Made by a program: the position numbers and the translations under genes
From: an uncultured Nitrospiraceae bacterium
Lineage (GTDB): Bacteria; Nitrospirota; Thermodesulfovibrionia; Thermodesulfovibrionales; Dissulfurispiraceae
Direction: 5' to 3'
DNA length: 64,000 nucleotides
NCBI GenBank assembly: GCA_963727805.1
Contig: CAVSHF010000003.1
Coordinates: 896,001-960,000, forward strand
Shown here: positions 37,725-48,014 of the stretch, piece by piece
Numbering within the stretch: the first letter of the stretch is position 1
Layout of the letters: every line of letters begins with the position of its first letter
Notes under the pieces: model-generated
Seen by the model: only the letters and a program-made list of their open reading frames with translations
What the model was told of the DNA's origin: nothing
The model's database searches: none

Positions 37725-40220
37725 CTATGATATCAGATCGCTTTGTGCAGGGATTGTGAAATAAAATGTCGAACCCGTGCCCGGTTGCGATTCCAACCAA
37801 ATCCTTCCGCTATGCCGCTCTATTACCTTCTTGCAGATTGCCAGGCCTATTCCAGTTCCTGGATATTCTTTTCTGTTATGCAGTCGCTGAAAGAGCGAAA
37901 ATATTCGCTCAAAATATTCAGACGCGATGCCGATGCCGTTATCACGGATGGAAAAGACCCATTCGTTTCCTTGCTTATGAGCCGAAATATGGATGCGGGG
38001 CGCCTGGTCGCCGCAAAACTTGATAGAGTTGCCTATAAGATTCTGGAAAAGTTGCACAAGCTGGATGTCATCCCCCATCACTACTGGCAGCGCGTCCCGC
38101 GTAACCACCGCACCGCTCTGTTCAATACCCACCAGCAAATTTGACAGCGCACGATCAAGCGCAACCTCACTGGATACGGGCTTGAATTGCCTACCCCAGG
38201 ATCCCACCCGCGAATAGGCAAGAAGATCGGTGATTAAGCTCTGCATCCGGTCGACTCCGTCCACCGCATAATTGATGAAATCGTCGGCGTTCTGATCAAG
38301 TCTGCCTTTATAGCGTCTCTCCAAAAGTTGAACGAAACTTGATACCATTCGGAGCGGCTCCTGCAAGTCGTGCGACGTTATATAGGCGAATTGTTCCAGT
38401 TCTGTATTGGAACGGGCCAATTCCTCCACAGCCTGTGTTAGCCTCTCCTCCGCGCGTTTGCGTTCAGTAATGTCTCTAAAAGTTACAACTGCTCCAACAA
38501 GTTTGCCGTCTTCCTTAATAGGAGTACTGGTATATGCGACCGGAAAAGATGAATGGTCCTTTCTCCAAAAGACCTCATCACTCACATGATGAACAGAACC
38601 CTCCTTAACCGTTTTGTATATTGGGCATTCATCTTCTGCATATGGACTTCCATCTACTTTTGTGTGATGAAACATTGCGTGGCTCTGCTGATTCAGTAGT
38701 TCCTCAATTGCATACCCAAGCATTTCAGCAGCAACAGGATTAACAAAGGTATAATTTCCGTCTGAATCCAATCCGAATATCCCCTCTCCCGCTGAGTTTA
38801 AAAGCAGTTCCTTCTCAATCTTAAGTCGTTCAATTTTCTGCTCTGCCTGCTTGCGCTCATCAATTTCGAGGGATAGTTGTGTATTGGATTCATTTAATTC
38901 AGCGGTCCGTTCCTTAACCCGTAATTCTAATTCCTCATGCGATCTCCTGAGAGCTTCTTCCATTTTCTTGCGCTCGGTGATATCCATATTAATCCCTAAA
39001 ATGCCCAGGATTGTTTCTCCATCAAATATGGGAGAAATTATGTTGTGGAACGATCTTTCTTCGCCTCCGACAAAATAATTCACGTCACCATATACAGTTC
39101 CACCGGCCAAGGCTCTCCTGTTATTTTCCTGCCATATTGACAGGATATCAGCGTCTATACTCACATCTTCAGGCCGTTTTCCAATAATATTACCCCAACT
39201 TTTTATGCTTGTTGAGTTCTGCATGATATATCGGCTATCTTTACCTATCATCCAGAAATCAAAAGGTAAACTTTCAATAGCAGTCCTAAATCTGTATTCG
39301 CTCTCGCGAAGAGTCTGTTCTGTCTTCTTGCGCTCCGTGATGTCCTGAATGTGGGTGACGATGTATAGCGGCCTGCCTTGGATGTCGCTCACCAAAGCCG
39401 TGCTCATGTCGCCCCAGATGACAGTGCCATCTTTTCGGATATAGCGTTTCTCCATGCGGAACGTCGGCATCTCGCCGCTGATGACCCGCTGCACGCCCGG
39501 AAGGTTCACTACCAAATCCTCACGATGCGTAATCTCGGCGAAACTGCGTCCCAGCAACTCTGCCTCGGAGAAGCCCAACATTCGGCAAAAAGCGGAATTA
39601 ACCTTCAGGAGCCTACTATCGGGGGAGGTCAAAGCCATAGCGATGGCGCCATTCTCAAACGCCGCTCGAAACCGCTCCTCGCTTTCCCTTAGAGTTTCTT
39701 CCGCCCTCTTGCGCTCGGTTATGTCACGGACAACAGATACGGACCCAATGATATTACCACTGGCATCCTTAACCGGAGTAGAACTGACTTGGCGATATCG
39801 CAACTCCCCACTTCTGGGAGTTCGTATTATCTGTTCCTCATTCCTTACGACCTCACCTTTGAGTGCTCGTAGCGGTGGAGCCTCCTCAACAGGCCGTTGC
39901 GTACCATCAGGACGATACACTTCAACACTCTGAGCCAGCCTTTCCACGTCAATTCCACCTGCGGTGTCCAGACCGAACTCTTGGAGAGCAGATGCATTTG
40001 CCAAAGTAAATCTCTTTTGCGTGTCAGCATACCAAATCTCATCGCTAATGCTGTTTACCAGAGCCGCTAGTCTATCTCTATCCTCTCGAACGGATCGCGA
40101 GAATTGCTGCATTTCAGAGCGCTCCATGTATTCGACCTGTTGACGAAGTAGTTTTAATTCATCAATGAGTTGAGCTTTCGTCTTTTTTTTATCATCCACG
40201 CTCGTCTCCGTAATATGCAC
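37725..40220 (-). CDS. Multi-PAS sensor histidine kinase (Cph1-like kinase core)
   Basis: Four PAS/PAC units, SHDLQEPLR, QNLIGNSIKF, GTGIGLAICKK. Confidence 0.94.
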   Translation of the reverse strand: MHITETSVDDKKKTKAQLIDELKLLRQQVEYMERSEMQQFSRSVREDRDRLAALVNSISDEIWYADTQKRFTLANASALQEFGLDTAGGIDVERLAQSVEVYRPDGTQRPVEEAPPLRALKGEVVRNEEQIIRTPRSGELRYRQVSSTPVKDASGNIIGSVSVVRDITERKRAEETLRESEERFRAAFENGAIAMALTSPDSRLLKVNSAFCRMLGFSEAELLGRSFAEITHREDLVVNLPGVQRVISGEMPTFRMEKRYIRKDGTVIWGDMSTALVSDIQGRPLYIVTHIQDITERKKTEQTLRESEYRFRTAIESLPFDFWMIGKDSRYIMQNSTSIKSWGNIIGKRPEDVSIDADILSIWQENNRRALAGGTVYGDVNYFVGGEERSFHNIISPIFDGETILGILGINMDITERKKMEEALRRSHEELELRVKERTAELNESNTQLSLEIDERKQAEQKIERLKIEKELLLNSAGEGIFGLDSDGNYTFVNPVAAEMLGYAIEELLNQQSHAMFHHTKVDGSPYAEDECPIYKTVKEGSVHHVSDEVFWRKDHSSFPVAYTSTPIKEDGKLVGAVVTFRDITERKRAEERLTQAVEELARSNTELEQFAYITSHDLQEPLRMVSSFVQLLERRYKGRLDQNADDFINYAVDGVDRMQSLITDLLAYSRVGSWGRQFKPVSSEVALDRALSNLLVGIEQSGAVVTRDALPVVMGDDIQLVQLFQNLIGNSIKFCGDQAPRIHISAHKQGNEWVFSIRDNGIGIASEYFERIFSLFQRLHNRKEYPGTGIGLAICKKVIERHSGRIWLESQPGTGSTFYFTIPAQSDLIS

Positions 40221-40523
40221 AACGATCTAGCATGCATTCATAGATTGTCGATGCAAAGAAGGTGCACTGCCCCATCTCCCCGTTGTTTTTTGGCGACTGA
40301 ATTCTATTCAATATGCGAATTTCCGTCTATAGTTTTTTGAGCAGGATCTTTGTGAATATTCCATCACAGTTGATCTCTTGAGACTTATTTGCACTCCAGC
40401 AAGTTTTTTATCCACACCGTTAAAATGATTACAGGAATTCCCCATTCGTAAAGATATTTCTCCATGGTTTCCTCCATATTCAATCTTCATATATATGCTG
40501 TATCGTAGCGGAGGGGATACTGT

Positions 40524-40829
40524 TTATTCTATGTGTGATTTCGCTGTTCTAATTGCAAGGTCTTTGTCTTTTGTAATTAATTGCCACTCCATTCCTGAGG
40601 AGTGTATGCCAGCTTTCTTGTCTTGACCCCGGCAGATATACCAGTGTCCAAAACGCTCAACAGTAGAAAACGGGTGATTCTCCGTGCAGAGAAGTCCGCA
40701 AGGCTTAATCTCTTCGAAGAAAATAGTCTCAGCAGGTTTTTCATCAAAAGATAAGTTAGCCGGTATTACTATCTGAGATACGTCCAATCCTTCCGCTTCT
40801 CTTTCATCCAACCATTCTGACATCGTCAT
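40524..40829 (-). CDS. Hypothetical protein
   Basis: GAGGTG RBS; 101-aa ORF. Confidence 0.65.
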   Translation of the reverse strand: MTMSEWLDEREAEGLDVSQIVIPANLSFDEKPAETIFFEEIKPCGLLCTENHPFSTVERFGHWYICRGQDKKAGIHSSGMEWQLITKDKDLAIRTAKSHIE

Positions 40830-41088
40830 TTCAGCACCTCACAATCCATGGCTTCCCTTAGTCAGCTTTTTTAGTTTATCGGCATTGAATTCGATCCACC
40901 ATTGGCGTCCAATTTTGATCCGCTCATCATCATGCTAACTGCTTTTACAGCAATGTGCTCCGCTGTCCTAAGTTGGCTCAAAGTTGACTGCCTATAATGC
41001 CAAATAGTGGGTCAAACGGCCGGGCCTGCTCTGTTGGCAAACCCTCTCATATTTTACCTCCATGTGGGATCAGGAATCCTATAGTTGC

Positions 41089-41532
41089 TCAATCTGATGT
41101 AACTTTAGCACGCACTTTATTATATGCCTCCTCAAGCTTGTCTTCTGCATCCTGTATCTTTTGTTTTGCCTTTTCCCATTTTGACTTGGTTTTTGCTTCC
41201 AGATGATTCATGTCTTTCTTTAACTCCGCGCGTTTCACCTTCAACTCATTCATTTCCTGTTTCACTTCGGCCTTTGCCTTTGAGCCAATCTCCTTCGTTT
41301 TTCCTTCAAGTTCATCTATTTTTTTGTCCAACACGTCAAGTCTCTCTTTCGCTCTCTTTTTAAAGTCTTCCTTCTCTTTAGAGAACTTATCCTTTGTTGA
41401 TGTCTCCCCTGTTTTTTTCTCCACAGTAGGTTTTCCTTCTTCTCCTCGGACATTTTTCATAAATCCGGGGGAAAAAAGCACCGTGAGAAACGAAATGCAG
41501 ACCACGACAAACAAATATCTATTCCTTTCCAT
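41089..41532 (-). CDS. Exported Lys/Glu-rich coiled-coil protein
   Basis: AGGAGG RBS, signal peptide, charged heptads. Confidence 0.8.
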   Translation of the reverse strand: MERNRYLFVVVCISFLTVLFSPGFMKNVRGEEGKPTVEKKTGETSTKDKFSKEKEDFKKRAKERLDVLDKKIDELEGKTKEIGSKAKAEVKQEMNELKVKRAELKKDMNHLEAKTKSKWEKAKQKIQDAEDKLEEAYNKVRAKVTSD

Positions 41533-41717
41533 CTTCTCCTCCTTATTCCTTTAGTATAAAAATACTCTCATTTCCATCACGTTCGTCAGTAACATCGTCC
41601 AAATCATGTTAATCCGCATTACCGGCAACAAAAGTCCCGACTTCGTACTATGCCATTCATTTATTTAATGGTACCCAATTTTCAGCTCATGACAAAGGGA
41701 GATTGAACTGAACCCTA

Positions 41718-41867
41718 TTATTCTCTGTGTCCGGTCGGCGCTATCTTCAGATAGTACTCGATCAGCTCAGCCTTCAGGATATGGTCAATAGGGTACAGAA
41801 CTTTCTTGAGGTTAGATAACTCAATCTTTCGCTTGCCAACTTCAGCTATGTGAGAATCCCTTTGCAT
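41718..41867 (-). pseudogene. ligD: 5' fragment of a LigD-type NHEJ polymerase-domain gene
   Basis: MQRDSHIAEVGKRKIELSNLKKVLYPIDHILKAELIEYYLKIAPT, then abrupt stop. Confidence 0.75.
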
Positions 41868-41962
41868 GGCTAAACACTCTTATTTGTCGTCAGCCAAAAT
41901 CTTACATCAAATTCAGGTTTGTACTGATATATATTCTTATCTTTAAGCATTATACTTAAATC

Positions 41963-42127
41963 ATGATGCTAGTTAAAAAAGACAGGTACAATCACCTCCA
42001 TTACTCAGACAGTGGCATGGTCGGCAAGAGCAATGATACCAACGGAGCTGAAAATGATGGAAGTGACTGGCTATTTTTAGTAGTCGCATCCCTAGTACTT
42101 TCTATTATTATATTTTACACAAGTTAA
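41963..42127 (+). CDS. Possible 54-aa protein with C-terminal TM helix
   Basis: Ends DWLFLVVASLVLSIIIFYTS; no clear RBS. Confidence 0.3.
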   Translation: MMLVKKDRYNHLHYSDSGMVGKSNDTNGAENDGSDWLFLVVASLVLSIIIFYTS

Positions 42128-42305
42128 GAAACCATCCAACCCGTCTGCCCCGTTTCTCAGATTTGGAATTGCTCGGGGCCTTGTTAGTAGGGTAACTTTT
42201 CATGTCGTGTAATTTCTTCCACTGCCGGCTTTAGCTGTTTGATCGAAGGACCATAGCAGTAATCCTCTGCCATCTAATTTGTTTTACAATAAATAATTTT
42301 TCAAT

Positions 42306-42334
42306 GAGTAATTTTAAAAAGAGTAATTTTAAAA
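42306..42334. repeat. Direct repeat GAGTAATTTTAAAA x2 upstream of MFS gene
   Basis: Read directly, 15-bp period. Confidence 0.8.
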
Positions 42335-42375
42335 TTGATTTTTAGAAGGGTATAGTGTAAATTAAAAGTCTTTCA

Positions 42376-43572
42376 ATGCCCATGAATAAGAATCAAAGAG
42401 CCATTCTGCTTGGTTTATCTGCCGCAACATTTCTTGGTCCTTTAACCCAAACGATCTATACACCGAGTTTACCTGAAATAGGGACGTTTTTCACGGTTGG
42501 CCCCGTTTTGATCAATCTCACCATCTCTCTGTATACCATTATACTGGCCGCAGGCAATTTCATCGTCGGCCCCCTTGCAGACATATATGGCAGAAGAGCG
42601 ACATTGCTGCCGGGACTGCTGATCTTTATCGTCGGCTCAGTTATATGCTTTTTTTCCGACTCCTATATGCTTTTTTTACTCGGCAGGACATTGCAGGCAC
42701 TAGGCATCAGTACCAGCTTGGTTGTAGCTGCTGCAGTGATTGGGGATATCTTTGCGCCCAAAGATTGCGGCCAAGCGATGAGCACTTATCAGACCCTTCT
42801 TTACCTTGGACCGGTAATAGGACCTGTGCTAGGAAGTTTTATCAGCGCATATTCACATTGGCAGTGGGCCTTTGCTATCGTTGCAGCAGCGGGAATAGTT
42901 ACGTTGGCTTACAACACATTGGTCTTGCAAGAAACCCTTGAAAGAGGGCTTACTCCCGGGAAGATTTCAATTAAAACCTTTAAGCGGATTTTAGCTAACA
43001 AGGCTGCCCTTGCCATAATCTTGTTGGCGTTCAGCCAGTTTTATGGGTATTATGTTTTTCTAGTTTTTTTGCCGATTCTGCTCACTTCGATGTTCAATAT
43101 ATCAATGGCTTCCAAAGGACTCTTCTTTGTGCCCCTTACTGCCGGTATCATGCTAGGCACTTTTCTGGGTGGTAGATTGCAGATGATATGCAGCCGAACA
43201 CGCATAGTAGTGGCCGCGTCCTATGGTCTTGGAATTACCGTGCTCTGCTTTGCACTGCTCCTTATCTCAAGTCGATTGAGCACGTTGCTCCTAATCACGC
43301 TTCTCTCTGCCTATGGACTACTCCTTGGCTGCAGCCTTCCTGCTCAATCGGCTGCCATGGTGAACCTCTTTAAGCGTGAGAAGGCGACGGCCATAGGCCT
43401 TTATAATTTTCTCAGGTTCGTCGGGGCATCGGTTGGTCCAATAGCAGGTGAAGTTATTCGGGATATGGCCGGCGACCGCGTGCTGTTTGTTTCACTCGGA
43501 GTCATGTTAATTGCTGCGGCTCTCGCAATACACAAGTATTTCCATGATCCGTATGACCACCTATATTCATAG
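42376..43572 (+). CDS. MFS drug:H+ antiporter (DHA1/Bcr-like)
   Basis: IYTPSLP, GPLADIYGRR, GRTLQALG, GPVIGPVLG; about 12 TMs. Confidence 0.92.
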   Translation: MPMNKNQRAILLGLSAATFLGPLTQTIYTPSLPEIGTFFTVGPVLINLTISLYTIILAAGNFIVGPLADIYGRRATLLPGLLIFIVGSVICFFSDSYMLFLLGRTLQALGISTSLVVAAAVIGDIFAPKDCGQAMSTYQTLLYLGPVIGPVLGSFISAYSHWQWAFAIVAAAGIVTLAYNTLVLQETLERGLTPGKISIKTFKRILANKAALAIILLAFSQFYGYYVFLVFLPILLTSMFNISMASKGLFFVPLTAGIMLGTFLGGRLQMICSRTRIVVAASYGLGITVLCFALLLISSRLSTLLLITLLSAYGLLLGCSLPAQSAAMVNLFKREKATAIGLYNFLRFVGASVGPIAGEVIRDMAGDRVLFVSLGVMLIAAALAIHKYFHDPYDHLYS

Positions 43573-43682
43573 ATCACTGTGATCCAGCGTAGCGCGTTGT
43601 TGGGGTATCCTGGGATGTGTAAATTCGGATTGAGAAAACTCAATCAGTCAAAGACCTGATAATGCATGGTACCCACAGTATT

Positions 43683-43741
43683 TGTTAACAAAAAGTATGA
43701 GCCGTGAGCTCCATCGCGTCAGCTCCATGCCTTTGTTAACT
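43683..43741 (-). mobile_element. Integron attC site (59 bp) of a yciI gene cassette (cassette about 43689-44213)
   Basis: AGTTAAC-5nt-CATGGAGC...GCTCATA-6nt-GTTAACA with extrahelical G; inverse core complements the cassette 5' end GTTAGCTGGG at 44214-44205. Confidence 0.75.
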
Positions 43742-43769
43742 GGGATTAAGTTTGATTAGCAGCTTGGGG

Positions 43770-44138
43770 CTAGACATAGACTATACTCCCGTCCTCAGTC
43801 TTTGTCGGACGAACTTCAATTCTTGCAGTTGTTCCGTATTCAAATTCGCAGTTACCTTTTGCGATGACAATAGCATCGTTGAGGGCTTCGGCAAAGATGT
43901 CGTAATAACCAACAATAACTTCTCTGGCTGCATTGATAGGCTGGTCCTTCCATGTTCCTTTTGAGCTTGGAATAATCTCGCCTTCCCTGAGCTGCGGCTG
44001 AGCAGATTTCAATTTTCCTTCTTTTGTTAGGTTCCCGATGTATTCTTCACATTCTTTCAGAAACCGCTGCTGCTGTTCGGGTGACCATGCCGCCTGATAA
44101 TCGATATCATTGCGGACAAGCAGTATAAATTCCTTCAT
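43770..44138 (-). CDS. YciI/DGPF-family protein
   Basis: AGGAGG RBS, MKEFILL, (D)QP..AAREVIVGYY, IEVRP. Confidence 0.8.
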   Translation of the reverse strand: MKEFILLVRNDIDYQAAWSPEQQQRFLKECEEYIGNLTKEGKLKSAQPQLREGEIIPSSKGTWKDQPINAAREVIVGYYDIFAEALNDAIVIAKGNCEFEYGTTARIEVRPTKTEDGSIVYV

Positions 44139-44464
44139 GATGCTGCCTCCTTTTTGAGTCACCAGTTATTGTTTGATTATCTTCACGCTGTCCCCCATAT
44201 GGTCCCCAGCTAACACATAAACTATGCGTCAAGTTCCGAGGGATCCGCTGAAGGACAAAGCATGGCCGGGAAAGTCTTGCAACCTCTGTACCACTTTCTT
44301 TACAATGGAGCAAATGACCTATAAGTGATTGTCCTGACTAGAACTATTGCGCAAATAAATACTTCGTAAAAATCCTATGCCAGCCGATTATTGCCCAAAT
44401 CACTCATTTTCTGGGTGGTTTCACCACTTTTTGTCCCGATGCGAGATAAGAAGCAGCCGATGTA

Positions 44465-45040
44465 TTACTGCTGTCTACCGGGGAGGTTAGATTTCAATAT
44501 ATGACTCAGGATTTCATTTAAGCTAGAATAGAGTCTAAATCCATTATTTGTGTATTCCCTGTTCCACGGAAATAGCAATCCCGTAGCCTTTGCCCCACTC
44601 TCCAATGCTTTTTCCAAGACCTGCGGGGCGTCATCTACGACCACATCAGTGGACATATTGAATAGGCAGGTCTTCTGAAAGGAAAGATGGAGATCATCAT
44701 ACACAAGACCGTGCTTGTTCAGCCATCTCTCCGTTGGCCTTCTGTGATCGGGGGATCTATGACTTGCTATGGTGATGTAGTAGCCATTTTCTCTTAAAGA
44801 AGCTAGAAATTGCTTTGCTTCTGGATAAGGCATATACTTGTCGCTATCTTGGCTTGAATGTACAATGTTAACTGCCTTGTAGAAATCATGTTTCGAACAA
44901 TATCCCTCCCAGATATCCCAGTTTTTCCAAGCGTCAGGGGTAGGGAAATTCTTGTTTAGCTTTGCTAGTTCTACATAAAAAGCATCACAGAACTGCCAAA
45001 GCGTATTATCGATGTCGACTATTGCAGTTTTGGGTATCAT
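44465..45040 (-). CDS. HAD-superfamily 5'(3')-nucleotidase (NT5C-like)
   Basis: IVDIDNTL, ITIASHR, VVVDDAP, FPWN. Confidence 0.85.
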   Translation of the reverse strand: MIPKTAIVDIDNTLWQFCDAFYVELAKLNKNFPTPDAWKNWDIWEGYCSKHDFYKAVNIVHSSQDSDKYMPYPEAKQFLASLRENGYYITIASHRSPDHRRPTERWLNKHGLVYDDLHLSFQKTCLFNMSTDVVVDDAPQVLEKALESGAKATGLLFPWNREYTNNGFRLYSSLNEILSHILKSNLPGRQQ

Positions 45041-45460
45041 TATTCCACCTCATTTATTATAACTAACCTCTGCTCTAGATCAATAATCCGAAATCATTTA
45101 AAGATATAATCTGATCTTCTGATCGTAATTATAAAATGGAGTTAATGCCAGAATGCTTCAACAAATATCAAACCTCTATACTATACTCCATCCATTCTCT
45201 TTTGCTCCCAGAAATCCTCGCTTTTTCAACCTGGGGTCCTTTTATAATCTGCTGCTATTTTTTATGCAGATGCCCAATCTACCTGTAATAGTTCCGAAAG
45301 TACTTTTTCGGCTTCTTCCAAAGTGTCCGCTCGCATACGATGTAACTTTGGAGGCAGCTATTTGATATTTTGGGATCTGATAAGCATACTCCTGTAATTT
45401 CCAGTATGTTCCCATTTATTCAAGCAAATTAATAGTATTCTTGAGCTTTTTTCTGAGCCA

Positions 45461-45510
45461 TTGACAAAGGTTATATTAAAGTATACCCTTGTAACTAGGA
45501 ACAGTTCCGA
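45461..45510 (+). promoter_or_regulatory. Sigma-70 promoter and 7-1-7 operator-like palindrome of the Fur-family gene
   Basis: TTGACA-N17-TACCCT; TAGGAAC-A-GTTCCGA at 45496-45510. Confidence 0.55.
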
Positions 45511-45512
45511 AT

Positions 45513-45956
45513 ATGAAGCACCACCCAGAACCTCATGAAATTGAACTGAAGTTGATAGCTGGGCTCGGGGAAAATGGCTATAAGATGACACCACAGAGGC
45601 TTGAGGTCATCAACCTCCTGGCGCATGATCGATCACATCCTGGGGCCATGGATATGTTGCATAAGTTCAAGAAAACGGCACCAAAGATAAGCATGTCAAC
45701 AGTCTATTACACTCTAGACATCCTGGAAAAGGAGGGGCCAATACAGGAACTTGACTTTTACAACAGGGACAACCGCTATGACGTTAACATGTCGAGTCAT
45801 ATCAATCTCATTTGCAGGAAGTGAGGAAATATTGAGGACTTTGACGAACCGTTGCCCTTCTCTTCGGAAATGATAGAGGGCAAGACCGGTTTTCGATCTG
45901 AAGAAATGAGGCTTGCAATTTTCGGATACTGTAAAGGGTGCAGGAGCAACAAATAG
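45513..45956 (+). pseudogene. Fur/PerR-family regulator with in-frame TGA at 45822-45824
   Basis: MTPQRL, SHP, STVYYTL, HINLICRK*GNIEDF...GYCKGC; frame continues 43 codons past the TGA. Confidence 0.85.
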
Positions 45957-46250
45957 CAATAAAGTTTTTCTTAAAAAATAGTTTTGAATAATTTCCTAAA
46001 TTCAGATTCGACATATCGTTAATTTCATGAAGGCGGATCCAGCATATGGCAAGGGGATCGCCGAGGCGTTGGGTATCCCGCTGGGCGAACTACCCAAATA
46101 GGCATAGAGATATCCAAGCACCAGGGAGGTCAGGGATCTCTGGAGGTACTTACCAGAGCAACTGTTTCGAGGACATATTCATAAACATAATGATTATAAT
46201 GACAAGGAACCGGTGGATTCCATCGGTTTCAAAAAAGGAGGTACAAACTA

Positions 46251-46640
46251 ATGACAGGTTATGTTGGTCCTATTGAGAAAGCGACTTTGGATAACGGCTT
46301 CTTCCGTCAAGTTCTATTCACCGGCAAATACAGCCAGCTCGTGGTAATGTGTTTGCAAGCAAATGAAGAAATCGGCAACGAAGTACACCCCAACGTCGAC
46401 CAGTTCTTCCGTATTGAAGAGGGGAATGCTAAATTCATCTTCAATGACAAGGAGGAGCATCTTGTTGGAGACGGTGATGCTGTTGTTGTGCCGGCAGGTA
46501 CATACCACAACGTGATTAACATGTCTGCGACCAAACCACTTAAGCTGTACACTATCTACACCCCTCCGAATCATCCTGACGGGACGGTGCATAAAACAAA
46601 AGCTGATGCAGATGCTGCTGAGGCTGCGGAACATCACTGA
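46251..46640 (+). CDS. Cupin domain protein
   Basis: AGGAGG RBS, EIGNEVH...DQFFRIEEG, VPAGTYHNV, PPNHP. Confidence 0.92.
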   Translation: MTGYVGPIEKATLDNGFFRQVLFTGKYSQLVVMCLQANEEIGNEVHPNVDQFFRIEEGNAKFIFNDKEEHLVGDGDAVVVPAGTYHNVINMSATKPLKLYTIYTPPNHPDGTVHKTKADADAAEAAEHH

Positions 46641-46704
46641 GAACCTTCGACGTGCACTCGCCATGCTCATTGATTTTTGATGGGCAAAAGCAGTCTTATT
46701 TTGA

Positions 46705-46732
46705 ATGCTCCCTCCCAACCGGGGGGGAGTAT
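46705..46732. terminator. GC-rich hairpin downstream of cupin
   Basis: ATGCTCCCTCCC-aacc-GGGGGGGAGTAT. Confidence 0.45.
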
Positions 46733-47284
46733 CGAAGAAAGCGTGTCTACTTCCGGTGACAATATCTTCAAAGAATAGCGTGATCCCAGTATTGAGTTGG
46801 AATGAATAACACCGGATCTTTAGACCGGGCTATCGTCATGTGGCTCCTTCCCCTCGTCCAGTCCGAAATGTGCCCGACAGCTCCCGCGCTGTGCAGGCTA
46901 AAGCCTTGCTCCACTTATTTGTAAGTTTCGCAAGCAGTTGGTATAGATGCGACTGAGATGTGGTAGGTGTTATGGCCAGCTAAAGAAGTAATCATTTTCA
47001 TCAAGAGTGACTGTGGAAAGAGAAAAAGCCAGCCTATCATATCTATGTGTACACGATTGATTTGACCGCCCTGTTGCTTATATTTAATAGCGGCCTCGGC
47101 CTTTGTGAACTTCTCTGTCTTTGCTTCGACTACTTGATTTGAATGGCTTATTCATATGCACCCTAAGAGTAAATCTTGCCACATTGCCGATTTTTTTAAG
47201 ATACCTGCTTTTAATACCACTTAATACATGGCATATCGCGACGACTCCCGAAAATCTGGGATAATAAGTCATCCTGCCCGAATT

Positions 47285-47806
47285 TCATATTCTTGCTTCT
47301 TGATTTAACCATGGGCAATCTGCAAGTTTTCGTTTTCCAAATAATTTGTACAAATTGGTCGTCAATTGATCTGTTGAAAAAGGCCGCACCAGAATAGCAC
47401 TTACAATTTCACTCATAATGATAAGGGCAATTTCCATCTTGGCTGTGTTGTTCGAGACTACTAACAGAATTTTCACTCCTGGTAGTCGCTTCTTTATATC
47501 TGTCAGCATTTCCATCGTTGATTCCTCTCCGATATATTGATCTACGAAGAGAAATGCATCTGATTCTTCACGGAAAGACCGCAGAAAATCCGATACATTA
47601 TAGAATGGCTTAACAGTAATAGAGTCATTGAACTCCGACAGACCACTTTGTGTCATGTGGGCTATATCTTGTTCCACACAGAGATATAAATTTCGTTTCA
47701 AGCTTTTTCCGACCTCCTCTTTTTCCAGCTCGATTGCCAAATCGAGCTTGGTTAAAATGTATCCACAGAAACGAACGTCCTCCTGATTGTCTGCCAGCCT
47801 ACTCAT
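47285..47806 (-). CDS. Degenerate receiver-like protein
   Basis: LFVDQ, KILLVVS, LVRPFS resemble REC strands; acidic pocket and Lys altered. Confidence 0.5.
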   Translation of the reverse strand: MSRLADNQEDVRFCGYILTKLDLAIELEKEEVGKSLKRNLYLCVEQDIAHMTQSGLSEFNDSITVKPFYNVSDFLRSFREESDAFLFVDQYIGEESTMEMLTDIKKRLPGVKILLVVSNNTAKMEIALIIMSEIVSAILVRPFSTDQLTTNLYKLFGKRKLADCPWLNQEARI

Positions 47807-48014
47807 CAGTCCAATTTGTCAGGATCTATTCTATGAGTGTATACTTTGCTCCCTCAGGCTAATAATTCTTCCAAGTATCAACTGCTGTGAACCTTCCGGA
47901 AAATATTATTTTGATGCCGTGCGTAATTACATCCGTTAAGATCTCCAGATCGCCAATAACAAGCATGCACATTTCGCATCATCCTTCTCCAAAACTTACC
48001 TCCGATGCGACTCC

